Source of the DNA: Candidatus Phoenicimicrobium oleiphilum
Lineage (GTDB): Bacteria > Atribacterota > Phoenicimicrobiia > Phoenicimicrobiales > Phoenicimicrobiaceae
Length of the DNA stretch: 28,517 nucleotides
Reading direction: 5' to 3'
Assembly (NCBI GenBank): GCA_039638295.1
Contig: JBDIWJ010000017.1
Location: 1 to 28,517, forward strand
The notes under the pieces are model-generated. The model was not told where the DNA came from. It saw only the letters and a list, made by a program, of their open reading frames with translations, and did no database searches. Positions 26,227-28,517 of the stretch are shown here, one piece after another (position 1 is the first letter of the stretch; the number at the start of each line of letters is the position of its first letter). The position numbers were made by a program, and so were the translations under genes.

Positions 26227-26251
26227 TGTTAAGGGGGCTGTTCTTTTAACA
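26227..26251 (+). repeat. GGGACGGTT-loop hairpin repeat
   Basis: TGTTAA-GGGGGCTGTTCTT-TTAACA directly after the stop codon. Confidence 0.65.
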
Positions 26252-26490
26252 TATAACATTAAAGGTAAAAGACATTGAGAGCTTTTTCTCTCTAGAATAA
26301 GCTCTTTTGTATTTTGTATAGGGTTTGGTTATTTCAGCAAGATTAAAGTGCGAGTCAAGTTCTAACCCAATATCCTTCCTTCGGGTCTTTTCATCCAGTT
26401 AGTTGTCCCATCATTCCAATTATCGAAGAGGGTTAAGATTTTTTTATATCGTTTCTTTAGTTTTGCAAAAATCATATTTTTTAAGCCTTT

Positions 26491-27522
26491 TTATTTTAGT
26501 TTTTCTTTTATGGATTCTTTAATCTGGGGAATTTTAGCTAATGTGGCATCTATGCCTGCTTTGATAGTTATATCAGCTTTATCGAATTCAAAAAGGCCAA
26601 TTCCCTCAATACCAAAGGGGATGATTACTATATTCGCTTTGGCAAGACCTTGTGAAGTAATCTCTTTTTCCATAATATCTACAGATTTACTTATTATTTC
26701 GATAATATGTGGACCTTCCAGTTTCTTCTTGACTCCTTTTATCTTTTTTCCTAAAGAGGTTACCTCTTTTTCTACCAAAGAAGTAATTTTTTCCGCTGCT
26801 TTGAATTTGGGAATTTCTTTTATATTTATCTTGAAATTAAAAGCATCCTCCACTTCTTTTAGATCACCAGTTTCTTTGTTTACCATCATAATTATTGGTT
26901 TTGGACTTTTTTCGTTCAGACTGACTGCAATGATAATATCAGCACCCATCTTCTGGACCACATCTACCGGGACTGGGTCTACTACTCCACCATCTACCAG
27001 GTAGCAGTCCTGATATTTTACCGGATTAAAGATTCCTGGGATAGAGATACTGGCTCTTACTGCCTTTATTACACTCCCCTGGTTTAAAATTACTTTTGCT
27101 CCCGTCTTTATGTCAGTAGCAACTGCAGCAAAGGGTATTTTTAAATCATCGAAAGTTTTATCCCGCAAAGCAATTTTATTTAGAATTTCTTCTGCTCGAT
27201 TACCACTTATTAAACCCGAAAAAGGAATGGTAGGGTCAAAGATAGTAAAAGAACCTTTCTGTTTCATAGCTAAAGCCGCTTTTTTCATTTTTCCTGTTGA
27301 GGCACCAGTAGCATATACTGAACCCACTACTGCACCAATACTGGTACCAGCAATCATATCTATGGGGATATGATAAGCCTCCAGGACTTGAATTACACCG
27401 ATATGGGCCATTCCTCGGGCAGAACCACTCCCTAAAGCCAGTCCGAATTTTAATCCTTTTTTCTTACATTTAGCTATTAAATCTTCTAACTCTGGGTCTT
27501 TTTCTATTTTAATTTTTTTCAT
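26491..27522 (-). CDS. Patatin-like phospholipase (RssA/NTE family)
   Basis: GSGSARGMAHIGV, GTSIG nucleophile elbow, ASISIPG and DGG motifs. Confidence 0.94.
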   Translation of the reverse strand: MKKIKIEKDPELEDLIAKCKKKGLKFGLALGSGSARGMAHIGVIQVLEAYHIPIDMIAGTSIGAVVGSVYATGASTGKMKKAALAMKQKGSFTIFDPTIPFSGLISGNRAEEILNKIALRDKTFDDLKIPFAAVATDIKTGAKVILNQGSVIKAVRASISIPGIFNPVKYQDCYLVDGGVVDPVPVDVVQKMGADIIIAVSLNEKSPKPIIMMVNKETGDLKEVEDAFNFKINIKEIPKFKAAEKITSLVEKEVTSLGKKIKGVKKKLEGPHIIEIISKSVDIMEKEITSQGLAKANIVIIPFGIEGIGLFEFDKADITIKAGIDATLAKIPQIKESIKEKLK

Positions 27523-27530
27523 TTATTCAT

Positions 27531-27787
27531 TCCTTATGTGGAGCAAAGCAATGAAGCAATCTCAATATAGGGTTTGATTTATTATGTTTAATTCTTTCTA
27601 TTATATACATAATTCGCCATTTAAATCAAAAAACCCTTTTTACTGAAAAATATTTTACTACAAATTTATTTCTTCCTTCTGTCATTCCCACGAAACCTGT
27701 CCTCGACCTATTCGGGGAGTGAGAATCTATTATTTGTCCTTGCGCGGATGACATTCAATATTAATTGAATATCATCCGTGGCAATCT
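27531..27787 (+). repeat. Cluster of (T)GTC-type palindromic repeats
   Basis: ...GGAGCAAAGCAATGAAGCAATCT (to 27562); TGTCATTCCCACGAAA...GAGAATCT (27680-27728); TGTCCTTGCG-[CGGATGA.ATTCAAT..ATTGAAT.TCATCCG]-TGGCAATCT (27735-27787). Confidence 0.75.
27612..27639 (-). promoter_or_regulatory. Sigma-H-like promoter facing the patatin gene
   Basis: Minus strand reads AAAGGGTTTTT-N9-TGGCGAAT. Confidence 0.5.
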
Positions 27788-27823
27788 TGTAATACTTTAT
27801 ATAATAATTCTTTCTTTAAAAAA

Positions 27824-27850
27824 GAAGGATTTTTCCAACTTTTGTCGAAT
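27824..27850 (+). promoter_or_regulatory. Sigma-H-like promoter
   Basis: GAAGGATTTTT-N8-TGTCGAAT, the closest match to the sigma-H consensus in this window. Confidence 0.62.
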
Positions 27851-27892
27851 ATAAAATTATAATTGAGACCCAAAAAATGCACAAAAAGTAAC

Positions 27893-27969
27893 GTAGGGGC
27901 ACGATGCCTCGTACCTACAGGAGAAATCAGGCAATAATATGGAGAAGGCACAATTCATTATGTCTCTAC
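27893..27969. repeat. Inverted GTAG-REP doublet (REPIN-like), diverged copy of 9566-9641
   Basis: GTAGGGGCACGATGCCTCGTACC...GGCACAATTCATTATGTCTCTAC followed by the same AATATAATTATAA tail. Confidence 0.85.
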
Positions 27970-27989
27970 AATATAATTATAACCAAAAA

Positions 27990-28134
27990 ATGATAAAAAT
28001 AAATGTTTTAAAAAAATAACAAGATAAACGGTTATATGCCAAATAAACATAAAGAGATAAATACAGAACTAATATTAATAGAAAAAGCAATATATGCTTT
28101 TGGGCTGCTTGGCAATCTAATTGAAAAGAGTTAG
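27990..28134 (+). pseudogene. N-terminal remnant of an AbiEii-like nucleotidyltransferase toxin
   Basis: Broken frames give MIK..KCFKK... and ...ELILIEKAIYAFGLLGNLIEKS*. This resembles the AbiEii N-terminal helix that normally precedes FKGGT, which is missing here. Confidence 0.55.
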
Positions 28135-28435
28135 GTGAAAATTATCCTGATATAAATTACAAAAAATTGTGGCATAAATTATTGCTTGATTTTCCTGAAA
28201 GTATTAGGAAGTTAGAAGAAATTTTATTGTCTTAAATTATCGGAAATAATAGATATTTGTAATTTAGATTTATAAGAGATTCTCAAGTTATTTGTGGATT
28301 TAGAAAATTATTTCAAGAATGGCAAATTATATGGCTGGAGAGAAACTTTTACAATAATTAAATCAAAAAAACTAACCCCGATACTTTTGCAAATATAATC
28401 GATAAAAATGAAACACGGAAAGGAGGAAAAACAAG

Positions 28436-28517
28436 ATGAAATGGTATAAGACTATAATTATAATTGCAGTTTTGGCAGGAATATCTACCTTGATTCCTGC
28501 TTCGGCAAGTAAGCCCT
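28436..28517 (+). CDS. 5' start of a secreted/exported protein (partial)
   Basis: AAGGAGG RBS; MKWYKTIIIIAVLAGISTLIPASASKP is a Sec signal peptide with an AxA site; the ORF runs off the window. Confidence 0.75.
   Translation, partial: MKWYKTIIIIAVLAGISTLIPASASKP

Noticed and set aside
26260..26475. 37-codon minus-strand ORF (MIFAKLKKRY...) and a possible IS end (AAGTGCGAGTCAAGT) between the GT fusion and patatin
   Set aside because: No recognisable homology, partner TIR or convincing RBS; cannot be supported by eye.

Overview
AT-rich bacterial chromosomal window from an anaerobe. Gene content and style suggest Atribacterota (JS1-like), but that is inference only. In order it holds: (1) the end of a carboxylate-catabolic operon (isocitrate/isopropylmalate dehydrogenase-family tail, ICL/PEP-mutase-family lyase, TRAP dctPQM); (2) a DtxR-family regulator with feoAB and a candidate operator, then an mrp/apbC pseudogene, an MBL hydrolase and a DUF123 nuclease; (3) cstA; (4) lipM-like, dgk, dck, flavodoxin-like, birA and bioY with a clear BirA operator; (5) tRNA-Pro(CGG) followed by a convergent ArsR-ArsP-thioredoxin-CMD operon, a macro-domain gene and gene debris; (6) plsC, a membrane protein, a GT-A-like protein, a GT4 and a GT-A-like/cNMP-binding-domain fusion, convergent with a patatin lipase; (7) AbiEii-like toxin debris and the start of a secreted protein. 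The best candidate for an undescribed system is the three-glycosyltransferase cluster (21856-26221), which has two distantly related uncharacterised GT-A-like enzymes, one fused to a cyclic-nucleotide-binding domain. Intergenic DNA carries at least four distinct small repeat families (GTAG-type REPs and REP doublets, (T)GTC-type palindromes, GGGACGGTT-loop hairpins, and a ~100-bp MITE in two copies) and a recurring sigma-H-like promoter motif. No CRISPR array, integrase or intact transposase was found.
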